Sequence record: LT603033.1
Direction: 5' to 3' (one strand)
Length of the DNA: 64,000 nucleotides
Every line of letters starts with the position of its first letter. Positions within the stretch are counted from its first letter, which is position 1. This document shows, one piece after another, positions 1-14,942 of this stretch. Below the pieces are notes generated by a model. That model did no database searches and was not told the DNA's origin. It worked only from the letters and a program-made list of their open reading frames with translations. The position numbers and the translations under genes are program-made.

Positions 1-1
1 A

Positions 2-349
2 TATCAGCTAACTGGTAAGTGTAAAGTTGGTCACGTTCTTGCTGGTATCCAATGGAACCGTCTACGTGAAGTTTATGATGATAAATCTGTACCAGAAGTA
101 ACGGATGGAACAAAAGTAATTGTCTGTAACTTAAAAGATAATCCTATGGGAATTAAAGCTGTTGGTTATCCAATTGACTGTGTTGAGTATCTTCCAGAAT
201 GGTTCTTGGAACTACCATTTGATACTGAAAAAATGGAAGAGATTGTTCTAACTAAAAAATTAGAGAATATTTTTGGTATTTTGGATATGGATATTGGTAT
301 TCATGAAAAAAGTACTGCGTCAGTAAACAATGGATTCTTCACTTGGTAA
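2..349 (+). CDS. Family B DNA polymerase (T4 gp43-like), C-terminal part; 5' end lies outside the window
   Basis: Frame is open from position 2 (YQLTGKCKVGHVLAGIQWNRL...DGTKVIVCNLKDNPMG...LPEWFLELPFD...KLENIFG), resembling the C-terminus of phage PolB; lies upstream of a sliding-clamp-like gene. Confidence 0.75.
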   Translation, partial: YQLTGKCKVGHVLAGIQWNRLREVYDDKSVPEVTDGTKVIVCNLKDNPMGIKAVGYPIDCVEYLPEWFLELPFDTEKMEEIVLTKKLENIFGILDMDIGIHEKSTASVNNGFFTW

Positions 350-360
350 GGAGTAATAAT

Positions 361-510
361 ATGGTTATTGTAAATGAAATTGAACTAAACTATGACGAAG
401 TAAACGATACTTTCACTAATGAGATGTTGAATCTTACTGAAGAAAGTGTAAATGAGGCATGGGAAAAATATGTAGAATGGACTTCATTACAAGGTAAAAA
501 TGATGAGTAA
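361..510 (+). CDS. Small acidic hypothetical protein (49 aa), not in the ORF track
   Basis: ATG at 361 with GGAG SD at about 350; MVIVNEIELNYDEV...QGKNDE*; overlaps the start of the next gene. Confidence 0.6.
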   Translation: MVIVNEIELNYDEVNDTFTNEMLNLTEESVNEAWEKYVEWTSLQGKNDE

Positions 511-799
511 TATATATAAGCGTATTGGTGAAGTATTAGAAGGTAATGGTATCATTAATTCTGTACTAGCATATGATAATGATGAAGAAGTAGTTCTAAT
601 TGGTGCGGGTTTTACTCGCACTGGTTCAGTGGAAGTTGACGGAGAGATTGCTGATGTTTACACTCTTGTGAAAAAGCGTAAAGTTGTTTTTGTCGATGAT
701 GTACATACATTAAAAGACTTGAAAAAATTACGCGATAAAATTGGCATGAGTTCTACAATTGATAAGCCTTATCTTCAACGTTGGAATACAAAATACTGA
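500..799 (+). CDS. Hypothetical protein
   Basis: 99-aa ORF in operon context with typical codon usage. Confidence 0.75.
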   Translation: MMSNIYKRIGEVLEGNGIINSVLAYDNDEEVVLIGAGFTRTGSVEVDGEIADVYTLVKKRKVVFVDDVHTLKDLKKLRDKIGMSSTIDKPYLQRWNTKY

Positions 800-808
800 T
801 AAAAAATT

Positions 809-836
809 GAGACAAGCATCATTTTTGAGATATAAT
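809..836 (+). promoter_or_regulatory. Putative middle-class promoter (GAGACA-N16-TATAAT)
   Basis: Same architecture recurs at 9629, 9705, 14881, 19735, 26124, 31821 and 42451. Confidence 0.6.
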
Positions 837-900
837 GGTGCTTGTAGTAATCTTACATAAAAACATTTTTTGATTAACAAATAAAACGGAGAATTATATA

Positions 901-1632
901 ATGGATCTACGCAACGTACTACGTGACCTCGTAAACACAACCAGTGGTATTGACTTCTCTTGTATTGCAGTAAGCAGTGAAGACCGTGGTGAAGGACAAC
1001 GTGTATATCTAGAAGCGTACACAGATGACCGAACTCTTGTAATGCGAGCATATACTAAAGAAGATGTTCCTGAAGTTCAGGGTCGTTTTGGCTTAGGTAA
1101 TCTAGGTCTTCTTCAGGGTCTAATGTCTCTAAAAACATACAGTACCGAAGGAACCACAATCACATCAAATGTTAAAGATGGTTCAGTTAAAAGTCTGGCA
1201 TTTAAATCTGAAGATGCAAGCACTACATTTATGGTACAAGCTGAAAAACTTATTCCAGTTCAACCACGTTTTCATGAACAACCATATGACGTACAGGTTA
1301 TTCCTAGTGCAGCAAAAGTTCAGGAACTAAAGAGTTTTTCTGGTGTATTTAAATCTTTTAGTTCTCTTGTAACTCCGTATACTGAAGGTGACACCCTATA
1401 CTTTCACGTTGGTGAGAAAAACAAAAGTAACCACGTTGGTTCTCTAGCTTTTTCTAAAACTGAAGGTGAATTAGGTCTTGGTTTTGGTTATAATATTGAT
1501 CGCGTACTTCAAGCATTATCTCGCGTATCTAATGCCGAATCAGTATCACTTGGTATTACTAAAACTGGTATGCTAAATGTAACACTAGATACTGGAATTG
1601 CAGTATACAAATTTTACGTAACAGGCTGCTAA
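901..1632 (+). CDS. Probable DNA sliding clamp (gp45/PCNA-like)
   Basis: 243 aa, beta-rich two-domain size, FGLGNLGLL motif typical of this phage clamp family, downstream of PolB; clamp loader subunits are present elsewhere in the window. Confidence 0.65.
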   Translation: MDLRNVLRDLVNTTSGIDFSCIAVSSEDRGEGQRVYLEAYTDDRTLVMRAYTKEDVPEVQGRFGLGNLGLLQGLMSLKTYSTEGTTITSNVKDGSVKSLAFKSEDASTTFMVQAEKLIPVQPRFHEQPYDVQVIPSAAKVQELKSFSGVFKSFSSLVTPYTEGDTLYFHVGEKNKSNHVGSLAFSKTEGELGLGFGYNIDRVLQALSRVSNAESVSLGITKTGMLNVTLDTGIAVYKFYVTGC

Positions 1633-1640
1633 TATAAATA
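1633..1640 (+). promoter_or_regulatory. T4-type late promoter TATAAATA
   Basis: Exact T4 late consensus, intergenic, upstream of the zinc-ribbon and GroES genes. Confidence 0.5.
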
Positions 1641-1696
1641 ACGGGGAACACTATGTTCCCCAAATTAGTTTGATTTAAAAAGTAAAGGAATACAAA

Positions 1697-1903
1697 ATGC
1701 CATTATATACATATCGTTGTGAAAAAGAAGAATGCAAACATAGCATGGAAAAAATTGTTAAAATTGCAAATCGTGATGAACCTCATGATTGTCCTAAATG
1801 TAATGGTGAAAAAACTATGAAGTTGGAAGTGTTCACTCCAGGTGATAAGGGTGCTAATCTTTATTTCCGTGGAAAATGGTTTGCAAATACTGGAGGTTAC
1901 TGA
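1697..1903 (+). CDS. FmdB-family zinc-ribbon protein
   Basis: MPLYTYRC..C...E.......CPKC pattern. Confidence 0.8.
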   Translation: MPLYTYRCEKEECKHSMEKIVKIANRDEPHDCPKCNGEKTMKLEVFTPGDKGANLYFRGKWFANTGGY

Positions 1904-1904
1904 T

Positions 1905-2204
1905 ATGAAAATTAAAATGATTAATGATTACGTTCTTGTTCGACAAATTGAAGCACAGAATAAAAGTACTGGTGGTATTATTCTAGGTAATGTTGAACCA
2001 CCATGTATTGGGATGGTAATTTCCGTTGGTCCAGGTAAAATTCTTCCGAACGGACAACTTGCAGAACATAATATTAAAGAAGGTGATATGGTTGTGTTTG
2101 GTCGTTCATCTTTGAACACGCCACTGACTGAAGATCTTGGTGGCGGCGAAGATACATATTATGTAATGAAAATCGAAGAGATTTTTGGTAAGAAAAATGG
2201 CTAA
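1905..2204 (+). CDS. groES: Co-chaperonin GroES-like protein, copy 1
   Basis: DYVLVR, mobile loop KSTGGIILG, VISVGPGK, IKEGDMV; start moved to 1905 because of the GGAGG SD at 1892. Confidence 0.9.
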   Translation: MKIKMINDYVLVRQIEAQNKSTGGIILGNVEPPCIGMVISVGPGKILPNGQLAEHNIKEGDMVVFGRSSLNTPLTEDLGGGEDTYYVMKIEEIFGKKNG

Positions 2205-2922
2205 AAAGAAATTTATTCCATTTTGGATGGTCCCTGCTCACTGGGGACTTTCTGGAAAGGCAAAAGAGATAGCTAAAGCATACTACTACAATGATGATTA
2301 TGAAGCTGATATGAAAGTTGCTGAATTGACATATCTAACTCCATATGAAGTTGAAGTGGCCCAATTGGATATTAAAAAGAAATATAGCGTAATTGGAGAT
2401 TTGGAATATCTAATTGCTGTACTTGATGTTGAACTAAAATATTCTAAAATTACTCGTGAACAGTATGATGTTAAAGTTCTTGATGCAAAACTAAGTATTG
2501 GAGTTATTACAGAAAAAGAATATGATATGGAAATCATTGAGTTAATGCCAGAAGGTGATGAAAAAAGGCTTAAGGCTATTGAATTTGCATATCGTTACGA
2601 TGAAATCACACAAAGTGAATATTCTAAGGAAATATACACACTTCGTAAAGAACCTTGGATTGATTTGGATGTTGTTCTTGATCCTGAAACTAATGAAGTT
2701 GAGTTTGTATTTGACTATAATGAATATTTCTGGAAAAAGTTGAAAGCTGAAGGTCATCCAGGAAATGATGAAGAAGAAATTATCGATAACTTTGTGAGAG
2801 ACTTGGGGCGTAAACTTGCTACGGATGATTTCAGTGATGATTACGACACAAAGCTGGTGAGTGCGAACGAAGGATTAGACAAGCTACCTGGTTTGCCTGA
2901 AGGATTTCGTTCATATAGATAA
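2197..2922 (+). CDS. Conserved hypothetical phage protein
   Basis: Long acidic ORF beginning IPFWMVPAHWGL; no recognisable catalytic motif. Confidence 0.75.
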   Translation: MAKKKFIPFWMVPAHWGLSGKAKEIAKAYYYNDDYEADMKVAELTYLTPYEVEVAQLDIKKKYSVIGDLEYLIAVLDVELKYSKITREQYDVKVLDAKLSIGVITEKEYDMEIIELMPEGDEKRLKAIEFAYRYDEITQSEYSKEIYTLRKEPWIDLDVVLDPETNEVEFVFDYNEYFWKKLKAEGHPGNDEEEIIDNFVRDLGRKLATDDFSDDYDTKLVSANEGLDKLPGLPEGFRSYR

Positions 2923-2930
2923 CATATAAA

Positions 2931-2960
2931 AAAAGGAGAGCAAATGCTCTCCTTTTCTTT
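2931..2960. terminator. Bidirectional intrinsic terminator
   Basis: AAAAGGAGAGCA/TGCTCTCCTTTT stem between convergent genes. Confidence 0.8.
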
Positions 2961-2969
2961 TGAAAAATA

Positions 2970-3659
2970 TTAAACCAATGCTGGGATGTATTGGAAAAGT
3001 TTAACACCGAAATCACCTGCTGCATCAGCAGATTGGGAACGTAGGTAAACTTCGGTAACACCATCTTTAGCAAGTAGTGGAACACCAGTTAGATCATCAA
3101 TTAGTAGACGGCCTTCTTCGGATTCAGTACTTGGTACACCTTGTGGTGATTTAAGATCTTTGTTAAAGACACCAGCACGTTCAACTAGGAAGGTAACAAC
3201 AGAAGCATCAGCAATACTAACTGAACCTGCACTCAATACACCATCAGGTGCGTTGGTGAAACCAGTAACTGGAAATACTTCAAGACCATTACCTGCGATG
3301 TTAGAGGTAGCGATGATAACCGCACGTTGTTGAACAACATCGACAATACGTTTAACGTTAGTTTGTGCTGCATAAGATGCATTGTAATCAGCTTCTAGTG
3401 TGCCAAGAACAAATGCAGTTCCATCAATACGTTTGATACCTTTATCATTTAGATATGCTAGAATTTCTTCTGGAATATCAGTGTTTAGAAAACGTTGTAG
3501 ACCAGCATAAGAAGAAACTGCACCAGTAACTAGAACGTTTACGTTTCCTAGCTTACTGATAGCAATGGATGCTAGGGCGTTAGTGCCACAAAAGTAACCT
3601 AGAATACGTTCAAAGGAATAACCATTGATACGTTCAAAAGAAGTATTAGTATATGACAT
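2970..3659 (-). CDS. Probable virion structural protein (paralog of 3674..4273)
   Basis: Ala/Gly/Val-rich with highly-expressed codon bias; shares QQRAV..TS and TF..ER..VFNK with its neighbour; late promoter upstream. Confidence 0.6.
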   Translation of the reverse strand: MSYTNTSFERINGYSFERILGYFCGTNALASIAISKLGNVNVLVTGAVSSYAGLQRFLNTDIPEEILAYLNDKGIKRIDGTAFVLGTLEADYNASYAAQTNVKRIVDVVQQRAVIIATSNIAGNGLEVFPVTGFTNAPDGVLSAGSVSIADASVVTFLVERAGVFNKDLKSPQGVPSTESEEGRLLIDDLTGVPLLAKDGVTEVYLRSQSADAAGDFGVKLFQYIPALV

Positions 3660-3673
3660 AATCTATCCTCCTA

Positions 3674-4273
3674 TTATAGTTGAACAGGAAGAGCAGCACG
3701 TACTTTAATTGCTACAGCAGTAGATGCACCTGCATCACCAACACCATCAGTACCTTGACTTACGAAAGTTTTGGTACGGAAAACTTTAGCTTGAGCGATA
3801 GACTTAGCTAGGTCAACAGTTGGATCAACTGGAGCAGGACATGCTGAACCAGGACGAACTTCTTGCTTGTTAAATACGTCTTGACGTTCACAGATGAAAG
3901 TCAATGCAACAGAATTAGCACCACCTGCTACATCAGCACCACTAGTACCGAACGCAACTACGTTTGGATTAGCATTTTTGAAATCAGCAGGAATAACAAC
4001 TTCTGAATCAAGAGCTAGTAGAGAGGTAGTAACTAGAACTGCACGTTGTTGTAGTAGTTGGGTAACCATGAATAGGTTATATTGAGCATTACTTAGAGCA
4101 GTTTGATACGCTTCAGCTTGAACATCAGAACCGTCAGAAGTAACTTTGGTAGTACCTAGTTCAACATCAGTTGGTAGATCGATTACGATGGTAACGAAAC
4201 CGTTATTACCACCCCACCATTCGCGAGCAACGCTAGACATACCATAGTTACGGTTAAAAGAATTAAGACTCAT
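3674..4273 (-). CDS. Probable virion structural protein (paralog of 2970..3659)
   Basis: As for 2970..3659; GGAG SD; ATAAATA on the - strand at 4320-4326 and 4384-4390. Confidence 0.6.
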   Translation of the reverse strand: MSLNSFNRNYGMSSVAREWWGGNNGFVTIVIDLPTDVELGTTKVTSDGSDVQAEAYQTALSNAQYNLFMVTQLLQQRAVLVTTSLLALDSEVVIPADFKNANPNVVAFGTSGADVAGGANSVALTFICERQDVFNKQEVRPGSACPAPVDPTVDLAKSIAQAKVFRTKTFVSQGTDGVGDAGASTAVAIKVRAALPVQL

Positions 4274-4319
4274 GAAAATCTCCTTGTCAAATTTTGTGCA
4301 GGTATATCCTGCTTAAAGT

Positions 4320-4326
4320 TATTTAT
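4320..4326 (-). promoter_or_regulatory. Late-type promoter (ATAAATA)
   Basis: TTGATAAATA occurs twice (4320, 4384) upstream of the structural gene pair. Confidence 0.5.
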
Positions 4327-4397
4327 CAAAAAATATCACTAGCATTTAAATTTACTGAGATATTTAATGAATTTCTATGATATTATTTATCAAATCT

Positions 4398-4425
4398 GGG
4401 AAAGTGATTCAAGATGTGCTATAAT
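4398..4425 (+). promoter_or_regulatory. Putative middle-class promoter (GGGAAA-N16-TATAAT, extended -10)
   Basis: TGCTATAAT with a 16-nt spacer upstream of RNase H. Confidence 0.5.
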
Positions 4426-4434
4426 TATCAATGA

Positions 4435-9732
<5,298 letters not shown>

Positions 9733-9819
9733 GTAAAACGTTGAAGGAACAATGAAGTTTCTGAAACATTGAAGCCAATTAACAAATAACAAAGAAACCC
9801 AAAATCAAGGAAGATATAT

Positions 9820-10872
9820 ATGAAATCTCTAGCTGAAATTCGTGCACACCTAAAAGCAGAACAAGAAAAAGCAGAAGCTCAAAAGAATGGTACATTTACT
9901 GGCGAGCGTAAAGCTGATTCGTTCTTAGCTTTCTGGAACGTACCTTATAACGAACCACTAAACCTACGTTTTCTACCAGATGCAGATGAGTCTAACCCAT
10001 TCTTCTGGCGTGAACGTGACATGATTAACCTAACTTTCAATGGTGTAGTCGGTATGCACACTGATAAAGTTACCGTTCAAGTACCTTGTAACGAAATGTG
10101 GGTTCCTAAATCCTGTCCGGTTCTGAAAGAAGTACGTCAATGGTTCCAAAGTGCGAATGAAACAGGGAACGAAGAACTAAAAGCAATGGCTGGTCGTTAC
10201 TGGAAGAAGAAAACCTATCTAATGCAATGTTTTATTGCTCCTGATAGCGTTGCAGTAAAAGACGACATTGCACCAGAAAATCCAATTCGTCGTATTCTGG
10301 CTAACAAAGATATCTTTGATAAAGTTAAATCCATCCTGCTAAACCCAGGCATCAAAGAGTCTCCAACTCACTACGTTCAAGGTCGTGATTTTGGTATTGT
10401 TAAAACTAAGAATGGTGGTGGTTATAATAGCTACGACATGTCTCAATTCTCCATGTCTGAGCGTCCACTAAACGAAGAAGAACTAGCAGCAATTGAAAAA
10501 TATGGCCTATACAATCTAAATGATTTTATGCCAAAACAACCAACTCCAGAAGAGTTGAAAGCAATTGAAGAAATGTTCGAAGCATCAGTAAATGGTGAAG
10601 CATATGATCCAGCACGTTGGGCATTTGCATATCGTCCAGCAGGTGTACCAAAACCTAACTCTGGAACTGTTACTGAATCAAAACCAACTCCTGCTCCAGT
10701 ACAACAAGAGTCAGCACCTGCACCAGTATCACCTACTGCTCCAGTTACACCAGCCCCACAAGCTGCTCCAGTAACTCCAGTCGCTACCCCAGCAGCAACC
10801 ACTCCTGAAGCACCAAAAGAACAACTATCTGCATCTGCACTAGTTGCTCGTTTGAAACAACAAGGTAAGTAA
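9820..10872 (+). CDS. Single-stranded DNA-binding protein (gp32-like)
   Basis: LRFLPD, VPCNEMW..SCPV, YWKKKTY and YDMSQF motifs; upstream of UvsX. Confidence 0.85.
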   Translation: MKSLAEIRAHLKAEQEKAEAQKNGTFTGERKADSFLAFWNVPYNEPLNLRFLPDADESNPFFWRERDMINLTFNGVVGMHTDKVTVQVPCNEMWVPKSCPVLKEVRQWFQSANETGNEELKAMAGRYWKKKTYLMQCFIAPDSVAVKDDIAPENPIRRILANKDIFDKVKSILLNPGIKESPTHYVQGRDFGIVKTKNGGGYNSYDMSQFSMSERPLNEEELAAIEKYGLYNLNDFMPKQPTPEELKAIEEMFEASVNGEAYDPARWAFAYRPAGVPKPNSGTVTESKPTPAPVQQESAPAPVSPTAPVTPAPQAAPVTPVATPAATTPEAPKEQLSASALVARLKQQGK

Positions 10873-10890
10873 TAGTTTTTGAAAAGTTAA

Positions 10891-10919
10891 GGGGCAACGG
10901 AGTTTGCCCCGTTTTATTT
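10891..10919 (+). terminator. Intrinsic terminator
   Basis: GGGGCAA/TTGCCCC stem plus T tract. Confidence 0.7.
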
Positions 10920-10941
10920 CATAAAATTCAAGGAGCGAATT

Positions 10942-12060
10942 ATGAAAATGACAAGTGGTTTTGCGAACATTCTTAAAAACAGTACTGGTAGTGTTAAAAA
11001 GAATACTGGTGTTAGTGTTGGTTTTCATGATCCAGATACATGGGTTAGTACTGGTAACTATGCACTAAATTATCGCATCAGTGGCTATTTTGACCGTGGT
11101 ATCCCACTAGGCAAAGTAACGATGTTTGCTGGTGAATCAGGTAGTGGTAAATCTTTTATCGTATCTGGTAATATTGCACGTGAAGCTCAAAAACAAGGCA
11201 TCTTTGTTGTTATGATTGACTCAGAGAACGCATTGGATTCAGATTGGCTTCAAGCACTTGGTGTTGACACTTCTGAAGAAAAACTTTTGAAAGTCAATAT
11301 GGGTATGATTGGTGACGTTGCAAAATTCACCTATGAGTTCATTGAAGGATATCGTAAAGAATACGAAAATACACCTAAAGATGAACGTCAAAAAGTATTG
11401 TTTATTATTGATTCAATTGGTATGCTAAACACTGAAGTAGCCAATGATCAAATGAAAGCGGGTAACCTTAAAGGTGACATGGGTCATAAACCCAAACAGC
11501 TTAAAGCATATATCACAAACTGTGTAAACTCTATTGGTTCATTGAACATTGGTATGGTTTGCGTTAACCACAGTTATGAATCTCAGGACATGTTTAACCC
11601 AGATCCTAAAGTTTCAGGTGGTAGTGGCTTGATTTATGCTTCATCTATGGTTATCGCAATGGGTAAATTAAAACTTAAAGAAGATGAAGACGGAAATAAA
11701 ACTTCCGAAGTAAATGGTATTCGTGCTAAATGTAAAGTCATGAAGACTCGTTACAACAAGCCGTTCGAAGATGTAGAAATTAAAATTCCTTGGGATAAAG
11801 GTATGGACCCACGTAGTGGTCTACTAGATATGTTTGAAAAATACGGTCTAATCACTAAATCAGGTAACCGTCTATTGTATGTTGATATTGTAACTGGCGA
11901 ACAGATTCTAAAATATCGCAAAGAGTGGATGCGTAATGAAGATTCATGTCTTGATTTGGTAATGCATCAATTTAAAAATCATCCTTTGATTGAAGAAGTT
12001 AAAGAAGAAGAAAAAGGTGATGAAACTTTTGGTACTGATGTGGATATTAGTGAGGAATAA
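10942..12060 (+). CDS. uvsX: RecA-like recombinase UvsX
   Basis: GESGSGKS Walker A, IDSENALD, IIDSIGML, SGGSG and KTRYNKPF. Confidence 0.95.
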   Translation: MKMTSGFANILKNSTGSVKKNTGVSVGFHDPDTWVSTGNYALNYRISGYFDRGIPLGKVTMFAGESGSGKSFIVSGNIAREAQKQGIFVVMIDSENALDSDWLQALGVDTSEEKLLKVNMGMIGDVAKFTYEFIEGYRKEYENTPKDERQKVLFIIDSIGMLNTEVANDQMKAGNLKGDMGHKPKQLKAYITNCVNSIGSLNIGMVCVNHSYESQDMFNPDPKVSGGSGLIYASSMVIAMGKLKLKEDEDGNKTSEVNGIRAKCKVMKTRYNKPFEDVEIKIPWDKGMDPRSGLLDMFEKYGLITKSGNRLLYVDIVTGEQILKYRKEWMRNEDSCLDLVMHQFKNHPLIEEVKEEEKGDETFGTDVDISEE

Positions 12061-12521
12061 TGAAACCTTGGCATTGGATTATCAAAGATGATAAATCTAA
12101 AATTATTGAAATGATTGAGTTCTTTAACAACGAAGTTGAAGAAGCTCGTCGTGAAGTAAAGAAGATTGGCATCATTGAAAAAATTGCTCAAGAGATTCCT
12201 GGCTGGCATGAGACGCGTCTAAGCCAGCTTCAAGAACTTGAAGCAGTATTGGAAATGTTAGAAATTGAAATGCGTCAGGTACAAGCCGAGAAGTTCAAAT
12301 ACTTTCTCGAAGGATACCGCCGTGCACTATCTTCATCTGACTGTAAAAAGTATGTTGAAGGTGATAAAGATGTTTGTGAGTTAGCAGAACTTATAAACGA
12401 GGTATCTTATATAAGAAATACATATTCAAGTATTGTTAAATCCTTAGAGATGAAAGCTTTTCAGTTAAACAATATTGTGAGACTACGTGCCGCTGGTATT
12501 GAGGATGCACGTTTAGAATAA
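12060..12521 (+). CDS. uvsY: Recombination mediator UvsY-like
   Basis: Helical 153-aa protein directly after uvsX; ALSSSDCKKYVEG and IVRLRAAGIED motifs. Confidence 0.75.
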   Translation: MKPWHWIIKDDKSKIIEMIEFFNNEVEEARREVKKIGIIEKIAQEIPGWHETRLSQLQELEAVLEMLEIEMRQVQAEKFKYFLEGYRRALSSSDCKKYVEGDKDVCELAELINEVSYIRNTYSSIVKSLEMKAFQLNNIVRLRAAGIEDARLE

Positions 12522-12529
12522 TTATCATT

Positions 12530-12555
12530 AAGGACGCATATCGCGTCCTTTTTCT
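12530..12555 (+). terminator. Intrinsic terminator
   Basis: AAGGACGC/GCGTCCTT plus TTTT. Confidence 0.7.
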
Positions 12556-12568
12556 ATGCGAGAATAAA

Positions 12569-13387
12569 ATGACAAAATTAAATGAGTTTTTATCAAATGT
12601 AGCAGTTCTAGATACTGAAACTACTGGGGTTGAGAGTGAAGATGATATTATTGAATTTAGTATCTCGTATCCACATACTTCACATGAAAACATTGATACT
12701 ATTGATAACTATACATTGAGATACAAACCCTTGAAAGATATTCCACCAGAGGCATCTGCTGTGCACTTTATCAGTACTGAGGATGTAGCTAATTGTGTTG
12801 GGTATAAAGATGATTTAGATAACATTGATGCACTTATGGGATGCCGTAAGTATTTTGTTGGTCATAATGTACAATTTGACCGTAGAATGATGGTAGATAA
12901 CGAATATAAATATCGTAACTCAATTTCACAGTACTTACTTGATGAAAATAAATGGATTTGTACCCTTCGTCTTGCTAAGAAAATGTTCGCAGAAGATATT
13001 GAATTTAAAAACTTAACTCTAAGTTATTTGTGGTATAAGTTTGGATGTTATCGTGATGTTCATCGACCTGTTAATGCACACGCAGCAAAAGACGATGTGT
13101 TTATGTGTTATCAGGTTCTAATCAAATTAGTTGAAATTGCAATCGAACGTGGACATATCGAACCTAATGGTGATATTGGTGAGCAAATTGTAACTTTCTG
13201 CAACACACCAATGCGTTATCAATTCATGCCATTTGGTAAACACAAAGGTGAGCCAATGAGTACAGTTCCATTGAATTACATTGAATGGATGATTACTAAT
13301 AGTGACATTTTAGATGCAAGTAACCCTAACTGTGATAAAGATTTAGTATATACATTTGAGTACGAATATAATACTCGAACTAATTAA
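12569..13387 (+). CDS. DEDDh 3'-5' exonuclease (DnaQ/ExoX-like) with C-terminal FGKHKG domain
   Basis: LDTETTG, GHNVQFD, HAAKDD; MPFGKHKG..VP..YIEW. Confidence 0.9.
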   Translation: MTKLNEFLSNVAVLDTETTGVESEDDIIEFSISYPHTSHENIDTIDNYTLRYKPLKDIPPEASAVHFISTEDVANCVGYKDDLDNIDALMGCRKYFVGHNVQFDRRMMVDNEYKYRNSISQYLLDENKWICTLRLAKKMFAEDIEFKNLTLSYLWYKFGCYRDVHRPVNAHAAKDDVFMCYQVLIKLVEIAIERGHIEPNGDIGEQIVTFCNTPMRYQFMPFGKHKGEPMSTVPLNYIEWMITNSDILDASNPNCDKDLVYTFEYEYNTRTN

Positions 13388-13402
13388 TAAAGGTAATCAT
13401 GG

Positions 13403-14887
13403 ATGAAAACTTGTAAGTTAACCTTATTGGATGAGGTGAATTGTAAATTTGAGGGACTTGATCCCTCAATTAGACAAAAGATGATTCGTGCAACTGAATA
13501 TGTGTTACCATATGCAAAGTTCACACCAGCAGGACGTATTGGACGTTGGGATGGTAAAGTTCAGTTTATGAATTTAGGCGGAACAACTTATTATCATATG
13601 TTAGATAAGTTATTGCCTATTCTTGATGAAGCTAAGATTGACATTGAATTAGTAGATCATAGGGTAGATTATGGATTTAAATTTGACCCCATTGATGAAG
13701 ATATTTTTAGTGATGTTGTATTCGGTGCAGGACACCACATGGAAGGTAAATCCATAAAACTACGTGAACATCAAGTTAATGCGGTTAATGCATGTTTGGC
13801 TAATCCACACGGACTGCTATTGGCAGCTACTGGTGCAGGTAAAACTCTCATTACTGCTGCATTGTCAAAGAAAGTGCAAGAGTATGGACGTTCTGTTATA
13901 ATAGTACCAAGTACTGACTTAGTACAACAAACATATGATGACTACATTATGTGTGGGTTGGATACTGGCATGTTCTATGGTTCACAAAAAGATTTTGGTC
14001 ACCAACATACTATTACGACTTGGCAATCATTTAACTCTCTATGGAAGAAAACCAAGAAAGGTGAAATTGAATTAACTGAACAAGACGTGAATGATTTTAT
14101 CGATGGAGTAGTTTGTGTTATCGTTGATGAGTGTCAAGGTGCAGGCGGTGACGCATTAGTTCAAGTACTTTCTAAAGTTATGAATAACGTACCATTACGT
14201 TGGGGTCTTACTGGAACAATTCCTAAAGATCCGGTAGTTGCCGCGAAAATCAAATGTAATGTTGGTGATGTTATATTTAAAATAACTGCAAAGGAATTAC
14301 AAGATAAACAAATACTAAGTACATGTAATGTGAATTGCATCAAACTAAAAAGTAGTATGAAGTTTGCATCATATGCTGAAGAGTTGAAATACTTAGTAAC
14401 TGACAGAGATAGGATGGCATATGTAGCGTCATTGATATCTGCGTTATCTGAATCAGGAAACACTTTAGTTTTAGTAGATAGACTTGAAGCAGGTGAGTTG
14501 CTATGTGAATTTTTAGGCATTCCCAAATCAGAATTCGTTCGTGGAGAAACTAAAAAGAAAGATCGAGAATCATCTTATGGTGAAATTCGTTGGGCTGATA
14601 ATAAAATACTTATTGCGACATACGGCGTTGCCAGTACTGGTATTAGTATTTCAAGGTTATATAATGTAGTATTGATTGAGCCAGGAAAAAGTTTTGTAAG
14701 AACTATACAGTCAATTGGACGTGGATTACGCCGAGCAGAAGATAAAGACCACGTAGAAATATATGATATTAGTGGTTCTAATAAGTATAGTGCTAAGCAT
14801 TTACGAGAACGTTTAGCTTACTATAAGGAAGCACAATATCCTCATAGTATAATAGATGTTAAAGATTGGGAAAACACAGCGGGATAA
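13403..14887 (+). CDS. uvsW: SF2 helicase UvsW
   Basis: ATGAGKT, IVDECQ, GLTGT, ASTGISI and QSIGRGLR. Confidence 0.92.
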   Translation: MKTCKLTLLDEVNCKFEGLDPSIRQKMIRATEYVLPYAKFTPAGRIGRWDGKVQFMNLGGTTYYHMLDKLLPILDEAKIDIELVDHRVDYGFKFDPIDEDIFSDVVFGAGHHMEGKSIKLREHQVNAVNACLANPHGLLLAATGAGKTLITAALSKKVQEYGRSVIIVPSTDLVQQTYDDYIMCGLDTGMFYGSQKDFGHQHTITTWQSFNSLWKKTKKGEIELTEQDVNDFIDGVVCVIVDECQGAGGDALVQVLSKVMNNVPLRWGLTGTIPKDPVVAAKIKCNVGDVIFKITAKELQDKQILSTCNVNCIKLKSSMKFASYAEELKYLVTDRDRMAYVASLISALSESGNTLVLVDRLEAGELLCEFLGIPKSEFVRGETKKKDRESSYGEIRWADNKILIATYGVASTGISISRLYNVVLIEPGKSFVRTIQSIGRGLRRAEDKDHVEIYDISGSNKYSAKHLRERLAYYKEAQYPHSIIDVKDWENTAG

Positions 14888-14942
14888 ACCCGCTGTTTGT
14901 GATATAATGTGTCATATGACAACAACAAGGATGTAAAATAAA

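Noticed and set aside
10640-10830. CCA/GCT-rich repetitive DNA
   Set aside because: Explained by the Pro/Ala/Thr linker of the SSB
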